This document shows positions 7,745-17,434 of a stretch of 64,000 nucleotides of DNA, piece by piece. The stretch's first letter is position 1, and every line of letters starts with the position of its first letter. The notes below the pieces were generated by a model that was given only the letters and a program-made list of their open reading frames with translations, was not told where the DNA came from and made no database searches. This DNA comes from Candidatus Latescibacterota bacterium (lineage in GTDB: Bacteria; Latescibacterota; UBA2968; UBA8231). Both the position numbers and the translations under genes were made by a program. Location: NCBI GenBank assembly GCA_965215195.1, contig CBDCDC010000002.1, positions 4,576,001-4,640,000 of the forward strand, given 5' to 3'.

Positions 7745-10309
7745 TTACCCCTTCGCCCAGTGGACCAACCCCATTTCCAAGGGATTTTGCAGGTCGGGGT
7801 GCGCGGGCACCACGCGCAGGGTGTAGCCGTGCGAGCCGGCCGCCGCGCACGTGAAGGTGCCGACGAAGTGGTAGGTGCCGTCGCCGTTGGGACCGGCCAA
7901 TTTTAGCGGGTACACCTCGGTCTGGGCGAACTCGCGCTGGGCATTGAGGCGGCCAGCGTAGATCTCGACGCGCACGTCCTCTGGCGCTAGCTCGCCCAAG
8001 GCCACCGCAGCGCGCAACGGCACCTGCATGCCCACCTTGAGCCGCCGCGGAAATTCGGCCTCCACCGCGCCGATCTGGACCTGCGCCCACTTGGAGCGCA
8101 CATGCGACTTCCAGTGCGTCAGCCGCTGGACCCGCTCGCGGTCGGCCGCCAATTCCTCAAAGCGGGCTTGTCCGGGCAAATAGAATCCCTCGACGTACTC
8201 GCGCACCATGCGGTGCGTGTTGTACTGCGGCGCGAGTTGGGCAATGGTCTCCTTCATGCGGGCGATCCAACCGCCGGGCAGTCCGTCCGCATCGCGCTGG
8301 TAGAAGAGCGGAATCACCTCGGTCTCTAGCAGGTCGTAGAGCGAATTGGACTCGACCGCGTCTTGGTAGTGCTCGTCGTCGTAGTCCTCGCCGCGGCCAA
8401 TGGTCCAACCAGCGTGCTCGTCGCAGGCCTCGTCCCACCAGCCGTCGAATACGCTGACGTTGAGCACGCCGTTGACCGCAGCCTTCATGCCAGACGTGCC
8501 CGACGCCTCCAAGGGGCGGCGGGGGTTATTGAGCCACACATCGCACCCTTGCACCAAGTAGCGGGCGAGGTTCATGTCGTAGTCTTGCAAAAAGAAAATC
8601 CGCCCATTAAAGGGTGCTTGCCGGGCGAGGTGGACGATTTGGCGGATCAGCTCTTTGCCGGCGTCGTCGCGGGGGTGGGCCTTGCCGGCGAAGAGAATCT
8701 GCACGGGCCGCTGCGAGTCCGCGAACAGGGCCTTGAGCCGCTCGATATTGCGGAAAATCAGGTTGCCGCGCTTGTACGTGGCAAAGCGGCGGGCAAAGCC
8801 AATGGTCAGCACCTCCGGGTCGAGCCGCGCTAGGGCCTGTTCAATTTTGGCGGCCGGCGCACCTTGGCCCTGCATCTGCTGGCGCAGGTAGTGGCGAGTT
8901 ACATCAATCAGCCGCTTGCGCCGGTGCTGGTGCGTGTCCCACAACGCGCGGTCGGGGATGCGATAGACCGGGGCCCAATCGCGCTCGTGGGCCGATACAA
9001 AGCGCCAAGTATCGCCGAGATGGCGGTCCAACAGCTCGGCCATTTCCAGCGAGATCCACGTGTGGAGATGGACGCCGTTGGTGACGTGGCCGATGGGGAT
9101 TTCGTGCTCTGAGAAGTCGGGCCACAGGCCCTGCCACATGCGGCGGCTAACCGCGCCGTGCAGGCGACTGACGCCATTGGCCCGGCCCGAGAGCCTGAGC
9201 GCCAAGACCGTCATGCAGAAGTCGGCGTGGAAATCGTGGGGATCGACCCGGCCCAAGCCGATAAATTCCTCGTGCGACAGGCCGAGCCACTCGCGGAAAT
9301 GGCCCAAGTGCGCCTCGACCAAGTCCGCTGGGAACCAGTCGTTGCCCGCCGCGACCGGGGTGTGGGTGGTGAACACATTGCCCACGATGCTGGCCTCGCG
9401 GGCCGTGGCAAACGAAAAGCCGTGCTCGGCCATGAGCCGGCGAATCCGCTCTAGGGCCAAAAAGGCCGAGTGCCCCTCGTTCATGTGGCAGACAGTGGGT
9501 TCGACGCCCACGGCTTGCAGGGCGCGCAGGCCGCCGATGCCGAGGAGGATCTCCTGCCGGATGCGCATGGCCGCGTCGCCGCCGTAGAGGCGGGCGGTAA
9601 TATCGCGGTCCGCCGGGGCGTTTTCGTCGAGGTTGGTATCGAGCAAATAGAGCCGCACCCGGCCCACCTGCACCTGCCAGATCCGCGCCTGCACCAAGCC
9701 ATGGGCAAAGGGAACCTCAATGGCGAGGGGCTCCCCGTCGCGGCCGTGGACCGGCTGCACCGGCATCTGGTAGAAGTCGTTTTCCGGGTTGCGCTCTATC
9801 TGCCAGCCATCGGCGTTGAGGGCTTGGTGGAAATAGCCCTCGCGGTAGAGCAAGCCGACCCCGACGAGGGGGATGCCTAAGTCGCTGGCGGCCTTGAGGT
9901 GGTCGCCGGCGAGCACGCCCAAGCCCCCGGAATAGATGCGCAGGCTCTCGGTCAGGCCGAATTCCGCCGAAAAGTACGCAACCTGTAACTGGCTCTCGCC
10001 GTGCGTCTGGCCAAACCACGTCGGATGCGACAAATAGCCGGCGAATTGCTCGCCGACGCGCTCGATGCGGCCCCGCAGTTGCTCGTCGGCGATTAGGGCG
10101 TCGAGCTGGTCTGGCCGCAGGGAAGCCCAAAAGCGCAGGGGATTGCGCTGGCTCTCGATCCACGTTTGCGGGTCGATCTGGTAGAGGGTGCGGATGGTTT
10201 CCTTGCTCCAAGTCCACCAGAGGTTGTGCCCCAGCTCCCACAGCGGCGTCAGTTGCTCGGGCAGGGACGGAATGATATTGAGGCGATATAGAGGCTTCAT
10301 GGCTTTCAT
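7745..10309 (-). CDS. glgP: Alpha-glucan (glycogen/maltodextrin) phosphorylase
   Basis: YSGGLGVLAGD, NEGH, ARRFATYKR, EASGTSGMK PLP motif. Confidence 0.96.
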   Translation of the reverse strand: MKAMKPLYRLNIIPSLPEQLTPLWELGHNLWWTWSKETIRTLYQIDPQTWIESQRNPLRFWASLRPDQLDALIADEQLRGRIERVGEQFAGYLSHPTWFGQTHGESQLQVAYFSAEFGLTESLRIYSGGLGVLAGDHLKAASDLGIPLVGVGLLYREGYFHQALNADGWQIERNPENDFYQMPVQPVHGRDGEPLAIEVPFAHGLVQARIWQVQVGRVRLYLLDTNLDENAPADRDITARLYGGDAAMRIRQEILLGIGGLRALQAVGVEPTVCHMNEGHSAFLALERIRRLMAEHGFSFATAREASIVGNVFTTHTPVAAGNDWFPADLVEAHLGHFREWLGLSHEEFIGLGRVDPHDFHADFCMTVLALRLSGRANGVSRLHGAVSRRMWQGLWPDFSEHEIPIGHVTNGVHLHTWISLEMAELLDRHLGDTWRFVSAHERDWAPVYRIPDRALWDTHQHRRKRLIDVTRHYLRQQMQGQGAPAAKIEQALARLDPEVLTIGFARRFATYKRGNLIFRNIERLKALFADSQRPVQILFAGKAHPRDDAGKELIRQIVHLARQAPFNGRIFFLQDYDMNLARYLVQGCDVWLNNPRRPLEASGTSGMKAAVNGVLNVSVFDGWWDEACDEHAGWTIGRGEDYDDEHYQDAVESNSLYDLLETEVIPLFYQRDADGLPGGWIARMKETIAQLAPQYNTHRMVREYVEGFYLPGQARFEELAADRERVQRLTHWKSHVRSKWAQVQIGAVEAEFPRRLKVGMQVPLRAAVALGELAPEDVRVEIYAGRLNAQREFAQTEVYPLKLAGPNGDGTYHFVGTFTCAAAGSHGYTLRVVPAHPDLQNPLEMGLVHWAKG

Positions 10310-10403
10310 TTGTGGTTGAAGGACGCCCTAAGACAGCGGCGAGGGCGCGTTTTGTCAAGGTTTGTCCAAGCCCTATACTTAAAGAAAAGCTCAGGAGAGT
10401 GTT

Positions 10404-11414
10404 ATGCGCGCAACACCCAAGGTGATCATCAGCGGCTTTGCCGACGAGGGGCCGGCCGACAAAAAGGCCGAAGCCCAGCTAACCATGCTGGCGGCGCTGG
10501 GCATGTCGCACTACAGCTTGCGCTTTGTCGATGCGGGACAGGGCGTCAAAAACGCAATGCAGCTAACCCGGCCCGAGATCGCGCGGCTGCGCCAATTGCA
10601 CGGCGAATTCGGGATTGCAGTGGCCTCGATCGGCTCGCCGATTGGCAAGGTCAAGCTGTGCGATGTAGAAGACGGCTCGGCCAATGCCTATATCCCATTC
10701 GACCAGTACTTGCAACAGGACGTGCAGCGGGCCGTGGATCTGGCCGGCGAGTTTGAGACGCGGCTGATTCGCGGGTTCTCGTTTTACCATCCCCAAGGCG
10801 AAGAGCCAGCCGATTACGTGGAGCCGGCGGCCGAGCGGCTGGCGCAAATCGCCGAGGTCTGTAGCCGAGGCGGGGCCATTTTCGGCCTAGAAGTTGAGGC
10901 CAACCTCGTCGGCCAAAACGGGCGGCTCCTGCAAGAGCTCTACGAGATGGTGGCCCACCCCAACCTGTGCCTGATTTTCGACGGCGGCAATCTGTCGAGC
11001 CAAAACTTCACCCCGGTCGAGACGCTAGCCGAGTATCGTGCAATGCGCGCGGGGATTGGCTGGATGCACATCAAGGACTACACAATTGACCCGGCCCTCC
11101 AGTGGCAGGGCGTCGTGGATGAGGAGCGGCTCAAAAACTTTGTGCCCGCCGACCGCGGCGACTCCGCGCACGAGGCCATATTGCGCGACTTCCGCACGCG
11201 CATCCCGGCCTTGGAGCGCGAACTGAAGCAGAAGGGAGTTCCGGGCGTGTTCCTCGACTTGGAGCCGCACCTAAAGGGCGGCGGGCAGTTTGGCGGTTTC
11301 AGCGGCGTCGATGGGTTTGGGGTCGCGCTGCGGGCGCTGCTCAACCTGCTCGACTACGTGGGCATCGGCTACGCCCTGACCGACTACGAGGCCATCGCCC
11401 GGCAGCGGGACTAA
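10404..11414 (+). CDS. Sugar phosphate isomerase/epimerase (xylose isomerase-like TIM barrel)
   Basis: ISGFADE, SIGSPIGK, FDGGN, MHIKD, LEPHL. Confidence 0.8.
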   Translation: MRATPKVIISGFADEGPADKKAEAQLTMLAALGMSHYSLRFVDAGQGVKNAMQLTRPEIARLRQLHGEFGIAVASIGSPIGKVKLCDVEDGSANAYIPFDQYLQQDVQRAVDLAGEFETRLIRGFSFYHPQGEEPADYVEPAAERLAQIAEVCSRGGAIFGLEVEANLVGQNGRLLQELYEMVAHPNLCLIFDGGNLSSQNFTPVETLAEYRAMRAGIGWMHIKDYTIDPALQWQGVVDEERLKNFVPADRGDSAHEAILRDFRTRIPALERELKQKGVPGVFLDLEPHLKGGGQFGGFSGVDGFGVALRALLNLLDYVGIGYALTDYEAIARQRD

Positions 11415-12640
11415 CGCCCTTGCGCCACCAGCTCCTCGTGTCGCTTTTGGAAGGCCGCGCTGTTGTCGTCCTCAATCACCTGCAAATCGACGCCTTGCTC
11501 AAACCCGGGAATGTTGCCGGCGTAGAAGGCCCGCTGATAGCGGTCTTCAGCGGTAAATTCCCACTCCCGCGCTTTGCTGCCGCCCGGCCAGTACACGCGG
11601 AGAATGCGCTTTTGGGCCAAGTAGCGGTGTTTGGGCGTAGGCTCTGCGGGGTCCACTCGGTACGTTGCAATCGCCTCTTCATCCACCGAGACGCCCAAGC
11701 CGGGCGCGTCTGGAACCGGCATATAGCCATCGCGCACCTCGATAGGCTCTTGCAGCAGGTCGTCCTCCCACAGCTCGTGGCAGGTGATATAGGGCAGTTG
11801 GGCGTGCGAGAGCACCGCGCCGAGGTGCGCCGCATACGCAGTGGTTAAGCCAGCGCCGACGAGCTGGAGCCAAAAGGGCTTGTTGTGGGCGGCCGCGAGG
11901 GTTGCCGACCGCCGGGTCTCGGTCGCGCCGCTGCCGATGACAAAACCATCGCAGCAGTTGTTGCGCAGATATTGGTCTTGGTAGTGCTCGACAATGGGTT
12001 TGCGCACCCGCTCGCGCAAAATCCGCGCCCCATCCACGTCCGAGTGCAGGTAAAACGGGCTTTCGTACATGCCGACATTGGGGTTTTCGTCGAGTTTTTG
12101 CAGGACGATTTCGGCCTTGGCTTGGTTGAGCAAGAAGCCGTTGAAGTCCACGTCGAATTTGTAGTCGGCCGGGACGACCTCGGCGACCGCATTGGTTTGG
12201 GCGATAATGTCGCGCCAAGGACGGGCCTTCATCTTAAAGGTGGTGTACCCGCGCTTTAGCGATTCCTCGGCCTCGGCGACCCAGTCTTGGGGCGGCATAT
12301 CTATATCCCACCAGGATATGGGGCAGCGGTCGCGGACCTTGACGCCGAGCAGTTCGTGTACGGGTACGCCGTTGTCTTGGCCCACTAGGTCGAGGCAGGC
12401 GACTTGCGGGCCAAAGCCGATCTCGTCGCGGTTTATCAAGCTGGCTGGATTTTGCCCGACGAGGCCATCGACCGAGGGCTGGCCGTGGCTGTCGGCCCAG
12501 CCCACGAGGCCGTTGTCCGTCTCCAAGCGCACCATCCACACGCGCTCGTCGTGGGTCGAGGCGCGCTGCATGGCGCGAGTGACGTGCTCGGCGTAGAAGG
12601 GGATATTGAGGGCAATGGATTCAGCGTGGGTGATCTTCAT
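11411..12640 (-). CDS. Mandelate racemase/muconate lactonizing enzyme family protein
   Basis: VRLETDNGLVGW, FKMK, DFN, PDAPGLGV. Confidence 0.85.
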   Translation of the reverse strand: MKITHAESIALNIPFYAEHVTRAMQRASTHDERVWMVRLETDNGLVGWADSHGQPSVDGLVGQNPASLINRDEIGFGPQVACLDLVGQDNGVPVHELLGVKVRDRCPISWWDIDMPPQDWVAEAEESLKRGYTTFKMKARPWRDIIAQTNAVAEVVPADYKFDVDFNGFLLNQAKAEIVLQKLDENPNVGMYESPFYLHSDVDGARILRERVRKPIVEHYQDQYLRNNCCDGFVIGSGATETRRSATLAAAHNKPFWLQLVGAGLTTAYAAHLGAVLSHAQLPYITCHELWEDDLLQEPIEVRDGYMPVPDAPGLGVSVDEEAIATYRVDPAEPTPKHRYLAQKRILRVYWPGGSKAREWEFTAEDRYQRAFYAGNIPGFEQGVDLQVIEDDNSAAFQKRHEELVAQGR

Positions 12641-12722
12641 GGGGTCCTCCGCGGATGATGGGGTCACAGGCTAGTGGACAGAAGACACGCAAAAATTCGC
12701 CGGCGAGCAACCGTTAATTTAA

Positions 12723-12784
12723 GGTCAGTGGCCAGCGATCAATCCCAACCCCCCTTGGCGGGGAATTGACCACTGACCATTAAC
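12723..12784. repeat. Inverted heptamer-repeat element (TGACCAC-like) in divergent intergenic region
   Basis: ggtcagt-ggccagc-gatcaat ... ttgacca-ctgacca-ttaac. Confidence 0.5.
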
Positions 12785-12798
12785 AAAGAGGTAATGCT

Positions 12799-14301
12799 AT
12801 GAGCAAACTATATGAAACCTTTGTAGAACGGCTCCACGAGCTAGCCGACATCGGCCACGCTCAGGGGCTGATGAGCTGGGACCAAGAGACCTATATGCCG
12901 CCGCGAGGCGCGGCCATGCGGGCTAGGGCGATGGGCACCTTGGCCGGTCTGTACCACGAGCGGCTCACCGCACCGGAATTGGTCGCGCTCGTCGCGGACC
13001 TCAAGGACGCCGACCTAACAGGCGACGCGGCCGTCAACGTCCGCGAGATCGATCGCCAGCAGAGCCGGTCGCTCAAACTGCCCAAGGAACTGGTCGTCGA
13101 GCTGAGCCAGACCGAGTCCTTGGGGCACGAGGCTTGGGTTGAGGCGCGGAAAAAATCGGACTTCGCGCTCTTCCGGCCTTGGCTGGAGAAAATAGTCGCG
13201 CTCAAAAAGGAGGTGGCCGAGCGAGTCGGGTACGAAGGCGCGATGTACAACGCCCTGCTCGACGAGTACGAGCCTTATGCGCGGGCCGAGGAGATCGCCC
13301 CGGTCTTTGCCCAACTCAAAGCCCAGCTCGTGCCGCTAGTCGAGCAGATCGCCGCCACCGGGCAGTACCCGGCGCGGGGCGTACTCGACCGCGAATACCC
13401 CATAGCGCAACAGGAGCTTTTGGGGCGGCAGGTGCTGGCGGACATGGGCTTCGACATGCAGGCCGGGCGGCTCGACTTGGCGGTGCATCCGTTTTGCTCG
13501 GGCACGTCCCGCGACGACGTGCGGCTGACCACGCGCTACAATGCCGATTGGCTGCCCGGTGCGCTCTTTGGCACCATCCACGAGGCCGGACACGGGCTGT
13601 ACGAACAGGGCCTGCCGGCCGACGCCAGCGGCACCCCGGCTGGCGCGAGCGTCTCGCTGGGGATCCACGAGTCGCAATCGCGGCTGTGGGAAAACATGGT
13701 CGGCCGCAGCAAAGCCTTTTGGACGCACTACCTGCCCAAGCTGCGAGCGATTTTTCCCCAGCAGCTCAGCGCGGTTGAGCTAGACGCCTTTTACGCGGCC
13801 GTCAATCAAGTCGAGCCTTCGCTGATCCGGGTTGAGGCCGACGAGGTGACGTACAACCTCCACATCCTGCTGCGTTTTGAACTGGAGTGCGACCTGATCG
13901 ACGGGCGGGTTGCCGTGGCTGAGTTGCCGGCCGCGTGGAACGAGCGGATGGAGCAGTACTTGGGCATCCGCCCGCCCGACGACGCCCGCGGCGTACTGCA
14001 AGACACGCACTGGTCTTGCGGCTTGCTGGGCTATTTCCCGACCTACGCGCTGGGCAACCTGTACGCGGCCCAGTTTTTCCACCAAGCCCACCGCGACTTA
14101 CCCGACCTCGAAGCACAGATCGCGCAGGGCGCGCTCGGGCCGCTCAAAACTTGGCTCAACGAAAAAATCCACGCCCGCGGCGCGCGGGCAACGGCCAGCG
14201 AATTGGTCGCGGAGGTGACGGGCGCAACGCTGAGTGCGGATTACTTCATCGACTATTTGCAGGAGAAGTTCGGTGCGCTCTACGGGTTTTCCGCTGCTTG
14301 A
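12799..14301 (+). CDS. Carboxypeptidase M32 (Taq family)
   Basis: WDQETYMP, HPF, HEAGH, HESQS, IRVEADE, GYFPTY. Confidence 0.95.
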   Translation: MSKLYETFVERLHELADIGHAQGLMSWDQETYMPPRGAAMRARAMGTLAGLYHERLTAPELVALVADLKDADLTGDAAVNVREIDRQQSRSLKLPKELVVELSQTESLGHEAWVEARKKSDFALFRPWLEKIVALKKEVAERVGYEGAMYNALLDEYEPYARAEEIAPVFAQLKAQLVPLVEQIAATGQYPARGVLDREYPIAQQELLGRQVLADMGFDMQAGRLDLAVHPFCSGTSRDDVRLTTRYNADWLPGALFGTIHEAGHGLYEQGLPADASGTPAGASVSLGIHESQSRLWENMVGRSKAFWTHYLPKLRAIFPQQLSAVELDAFYAAVNQVEPSLIRVEADEVTYNLHILLRFELECDLIDGRVAVAELPAAWNERMEQYLGIRPPDDARGVLQDTHWSCGLLGYFPTYALGNLYAAQFFHQAHRDLPDLEAQIAQGALGPLKTWLNEKIHARGARATASELVAEVTGATLSADYFIDYLQEKFGALYGFSAA

Positions 14302-14306
14302 CCACC

Positions 14307-14330
14307 GTAGGGGCGATTCGCGAATCGCCC
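14307..14330. repeat. REP-like palindrome between convergent genes
   Basis: GTAG followed by perfect 20-bp palindrome gggcgattcg-cgaatcgccc. Confidence 0.7.
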
Positions 14331-14367
14331 TAGGCGTTGGGTGGCTAGATGGGCGCAGTCGTCGCCT

Positions 14368-15390
14368 TCAGCCGATGACCTGTTGCAGGAGCCTAAGCTG
14401 GTTCGCGCCGAGGATTTTGCGGATATCGGCCTCGGCATAGCCGCGGGCGGCCAAACCCACTGCAATGTCCGGGAGGCAGGTCGCGTCTGCCAAGAGCAAG
14501 CCGCCGCCGTCAAAATCCGACCCCAAGCCGACGTGGTCGATGCCAGCGACCGCGACCGCGTGTTCAATGTGGTTGAGCAGGCCGCCGAAGGTGGGGTTGT
14601 GCGCGTCGATAAAGTCTGGGACAAAGGTGATGCCCACGACCCCGCCCTTTTCGGCGAGGGCGCGTAGCTGCTCGTCGCCGAGGTTGCGCGGGTGGTCGCA
14701 GAGGGCGCGGCAGCAGCTATGGGTGGCCATAAAGGGGGCTTGGGCCGCTCGGGCCACGTCCCAAAAGCCCGGTTCGTTGAGATGCGATACATCGACGACC
14801 ATGCCTAGCTCGTTCATCTGCGCTAGTAGCTGGCGGCCAAAGCCGGTCAAGCCGCCGCCGCCCGCGACCTCGCAGCCGTCTCCGGCCCAGGAGCGCGTAC
14901 TGTGGGTGAGGGTCATGGCGCGGACGCCTAGCTGGTAGAGCAGCGGCAGGACGTGGAGGCTTCTCTCCAGCGCATCGCTGTTTTCCACCGCCAGCACGGC
15001 CGCCAAGCGGCCCTCGGCGCGGGCGCACTCAATGTCAGCCGCGCTGTGCGCCACGGCAATGCCCCCGCTGTGCTCTTCCACTTCCTGCAAAAAATAGCCC
15101 AAGGCGTCCATGCAGTAGAGCAGGTGGTTGCCCCGAGGGCGGGTACAGTCAACGGCGAAAAACGCCGCGTCTAGCCCGCCCTCGCGCGCCTTGGGCAAGT
15201 CGAGCTGAACGCCGGCGCCCGGCGGCTGGTACTGGCGCAAATAGGCGACGGCCCCTTCGCGCTGGTGGAAGTCAGCGCGCTGTGCGCCATCTAAAGACAT
15301 GCCCCGGCGGATCAGGGCGACGATGCTGTCGTTGTGCGCGTCGATGACCAAAGAGTCTTGGTGCAGGCGGCGGGCGGTTTGTTCGTTCAT
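14368..15390 (-). CDS. Membrane dipeptidase (M19)
   Basis: DAHND, VDVSH, ATHS...HPRN, GLGSDFDG. Confidence 0.92.
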   Translation of the reverse strand: MNEQTARRLHQDSLVIDAHNDSIVALIRRGMSLDGAQRADFHQREGAVAYLRQYQPPGAGVQLDLPKAREGGLDAAFFAVDCTRPRGNHLLYCMDALGYFLQEVEEHSGGIAVAHSAADIECARAEGRLAAVLAVENSDALERSLHVLPLLYQLGVRAMTLTHSTRSWAGDGCEVAGGGGLTGFGRQLLAQMNELGMVVDVSHLNEPGFWDVARAAQAPFMATHSCCRALCDHPRNLGDEQLRALAEKGGVVGITFVPDFIDAHNPTFGGLLNHIEHAVAVAGIDHVGLGSDFDGGGLLLADATCLPDIAVGLAARGYAEADIRKILGANQLRLLQQVIG

Positions 15391-15404
15391 TGGCATTATT
15401 GACT

Positions 15405-16085
15405 TCACCTCCTATTCAGGGTCTCCAGCCGACAAAGCCATTCGCCGAAATGGTTACACTCCAATCGCAACGTAGGCAATCCGATTTTCTCCGCAACAAT
15501 AGGAGCCGCGGATACTTTCATTCTCTCGTATTCTGGTATTGCGCCGATAATTCGCTTTGATGGGGCGGTGTTGTTCCCGTCATTGATGAGCTCCGGCGAA
15601 TCAAAACTGACGACCATATCGACAAGTCGCCGTATTCCAGCACTGCTATCAAATTGCGAATCGAGTTTCTGAGGATCGGACAACAATAATGCCTCGAACT
15701 CGTGAAGCTGAAAATACGGGATAAATCGCCGATCAGAAATGTCTTTTCCCAGAGCGTCCTCCAATACCTTGACCCGTCCGTAGGCATCGGATCTCTGCTT
15801 TGCGTCTTTGTAGCCGGGAAAATTCGTCGGCAGACCGTACACGTCAAACATGGTTGTGAAACGCACATCCGAATTCCGATCTTCCTTTATCCAAGCATTG
15901 ATATCATTCTTGGCCTTCTCATAACTCTCAATACCCCCACGATGCTTAATGTTGCGTCTCCGACTCGTCAGGACACAGCGAGCCTGCGCCCAGATCTCAA
16001 ACCCGGCTAGATACGGACTTAAGATTTGTTTCACGAACGCTTCTTCAGTCTGCCCCTCAACGATGAAATTCAGTCTGATGGCCAC
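15405..16085 (-). CDS. DUF4276-family (TOPRIM-like) protein
   Basis: VEGQTEE, TTMFDVYGLP, HEFEALLLSD, PELIND...PSKRI, C.HF.EW; GTG overlaps ATPase stop. Confidence 0.8.
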   Translation of the reverse strand: MAIRLNFIVEGQTEEAFVKQILSPYLAGFEIWAQARCVLTSRRRNIKHRGGIESYEKAKNDINAWIKEDRNSDVRFTTMFDVYGLPTNFPGYKDAKQRSDAYGRVKVLEDALGKDISDRRFIPYFQLHEFEALLLSDPQKLDSQFDSSAGIRRLVDMVVSFDSPELINDGNNTAPSKRIIGAIPEYERMKVSAAPIVAEKIGLPTLRLECNHFGEWLCRLETLNRR

Positions 16086-17191
16086 TAGGGTCGCCCTCCG
16101 AGCACGTTCTTTTCCCACAACTCGGAAAGCGAATAATCTTCGAGCCATTCTTCGAGGGCCTCGGCGTTTAGCTGTCTGAAAGTAGAACTGCGGCCTTCGC
16201 GCTCGACGACGACAATATCTGCTGGCTCAAAGCAATCAACCAGTGCCGTGGATTGCGTAGCGACGATGACCTGGACCTTGGTCGATGCGGCACGTATCAA
16301 ACCGCCGACGATGTTAATGGCGTAGGGGTGCAATCCAAGTTCTGGTTCGTCGAGGATCAAAACGTCCGGCAAATCCCGTTCTGGCTGAAGGAGAAGAGTA
16401 ACAAGCGATACGACTCGCAACATGCCATCCGACGCCTGTGACACACTAAATACCCGATCACTGTTTCGTTCGCGCCAGTTCAGGAGAAGACGATTATACT
16501 GTGGCTCCAACACGAAATCAGAAAAGAAGGGCAGGATTAACCGAATGGTATCTACGATCCGCTGATAGCACCTGTTGTCGTCTTTCTTCAAGCGAAGTAG
16601 AAAGGGCGCGATATTGGCAGCATCTTCCTTCAACCATCGGTTATCATCCATATACCACTTTTCGCGTATGCGAGCAGTGTCCGACGTGTTGTGGAACTGA
16701 TATACGACTATTTTTTGCAGAAGATTTAGAACTACGCGAGCTGTTTCATCTTGGCTAGCCTTATCGAGAAGTTGCGGCGCGAAATGTCCGACACCTGTTT
16801 GCTGCCACCTCGCAAGAGTAGGGTAGTCCCGGCGAGAGAATCGGTATCGCTCGTCCGCGAAAATCAACATATCTCCTGCCGCGTAAACCAACCGAAACGC
16901 GTACTGATTTTCGCCAGCATCGGTCTTAATGGTCAGTTCTGCCTCAATCTCTCGCGTCTTGGCTGGACCGTCGTGCAACAAGGTGCTGGCACCGCCTTGC
17001 TGACTCACGTAAAGCGGAAGGTGGTCCGGGTCTGATAATGCCCAACTTATCATGCGAAAAAAAGAGATGAAATTGGATTTTCCAGCGCCGTTGGGTCCAA
17101 TCAGCACGGTCAAGGGACGAGGCTTGAAGTCCTTCAGCTCTCGAATGGTCTTGAACCCTTTGAGAGTTATCGCATCAAGCCTGTTTCTCAT
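16085..17191 (-). CDS. AAA_21/SMC-like ABC ATPase
   Basis: GPNGAGKSN Walker A, SDGMLR signature, ILDEPELGLHP, ATQS. Confidence 0.9.
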   Translation of the reverse strand: MRNRLDAITLKGFKTIRELKDFKPRPLTVLIGPNGAGKSNFISFFRMISWALSDPDHLPLYVSQQGGASTLLHDGPAKTREIEAELTIKTDAGENQYAFRLVYAAGDMLIFADERYRFSRRDYPTLARWQQTGVGHFAPQLLDKASQDETARVVLNLLQKIVVYQFHNTSDTARIREKWYMDDNRWLKEDAANIAPFLLRLKKDDNRCYQRIVDTIRLILPFFSDFVLEPQYNRLLLNWRERNSDRVFSVSQASDGMLRVVSLVTLLLQPERDLPDVLILDEPELGLHPYAINIVGGLIRAASTKVQVIVATQSTALVDCFEPADIVVVEREGRSSTFRQLNAEALEEWLEDYSLSELWEKNVLGGRP

Positions 17192-17434
17192 GTTCTCCCT
17201 CGAAATTTGTCGAGCGCATCCTCGTAGGCTTGGACTCGGACCGCACCCACTTGAAAGCGAGTTCGTACGGACGCGGAATCGCGCTAGGGCCAAGACGCTT
17301 AAAAGCAGAGGATCTTCCAGCGCGAGCGCGTACTGCCTAAGCGAATTGCAGGCCGCGTCGCGGTCGTCGCTGTAGGACCATCCTTTACCGTCGTACGCCC
17401 ACCTGGCAATGAACGTGCCCGCACGTCTCTCCCT

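Noticed and set aside
8102-9880. Numerous antisense and alternate-frame ORFs in GC-rich genes
   Set aside because: Expected shadow ORFs of high-GC coding DNA; no motifs or RBS support.
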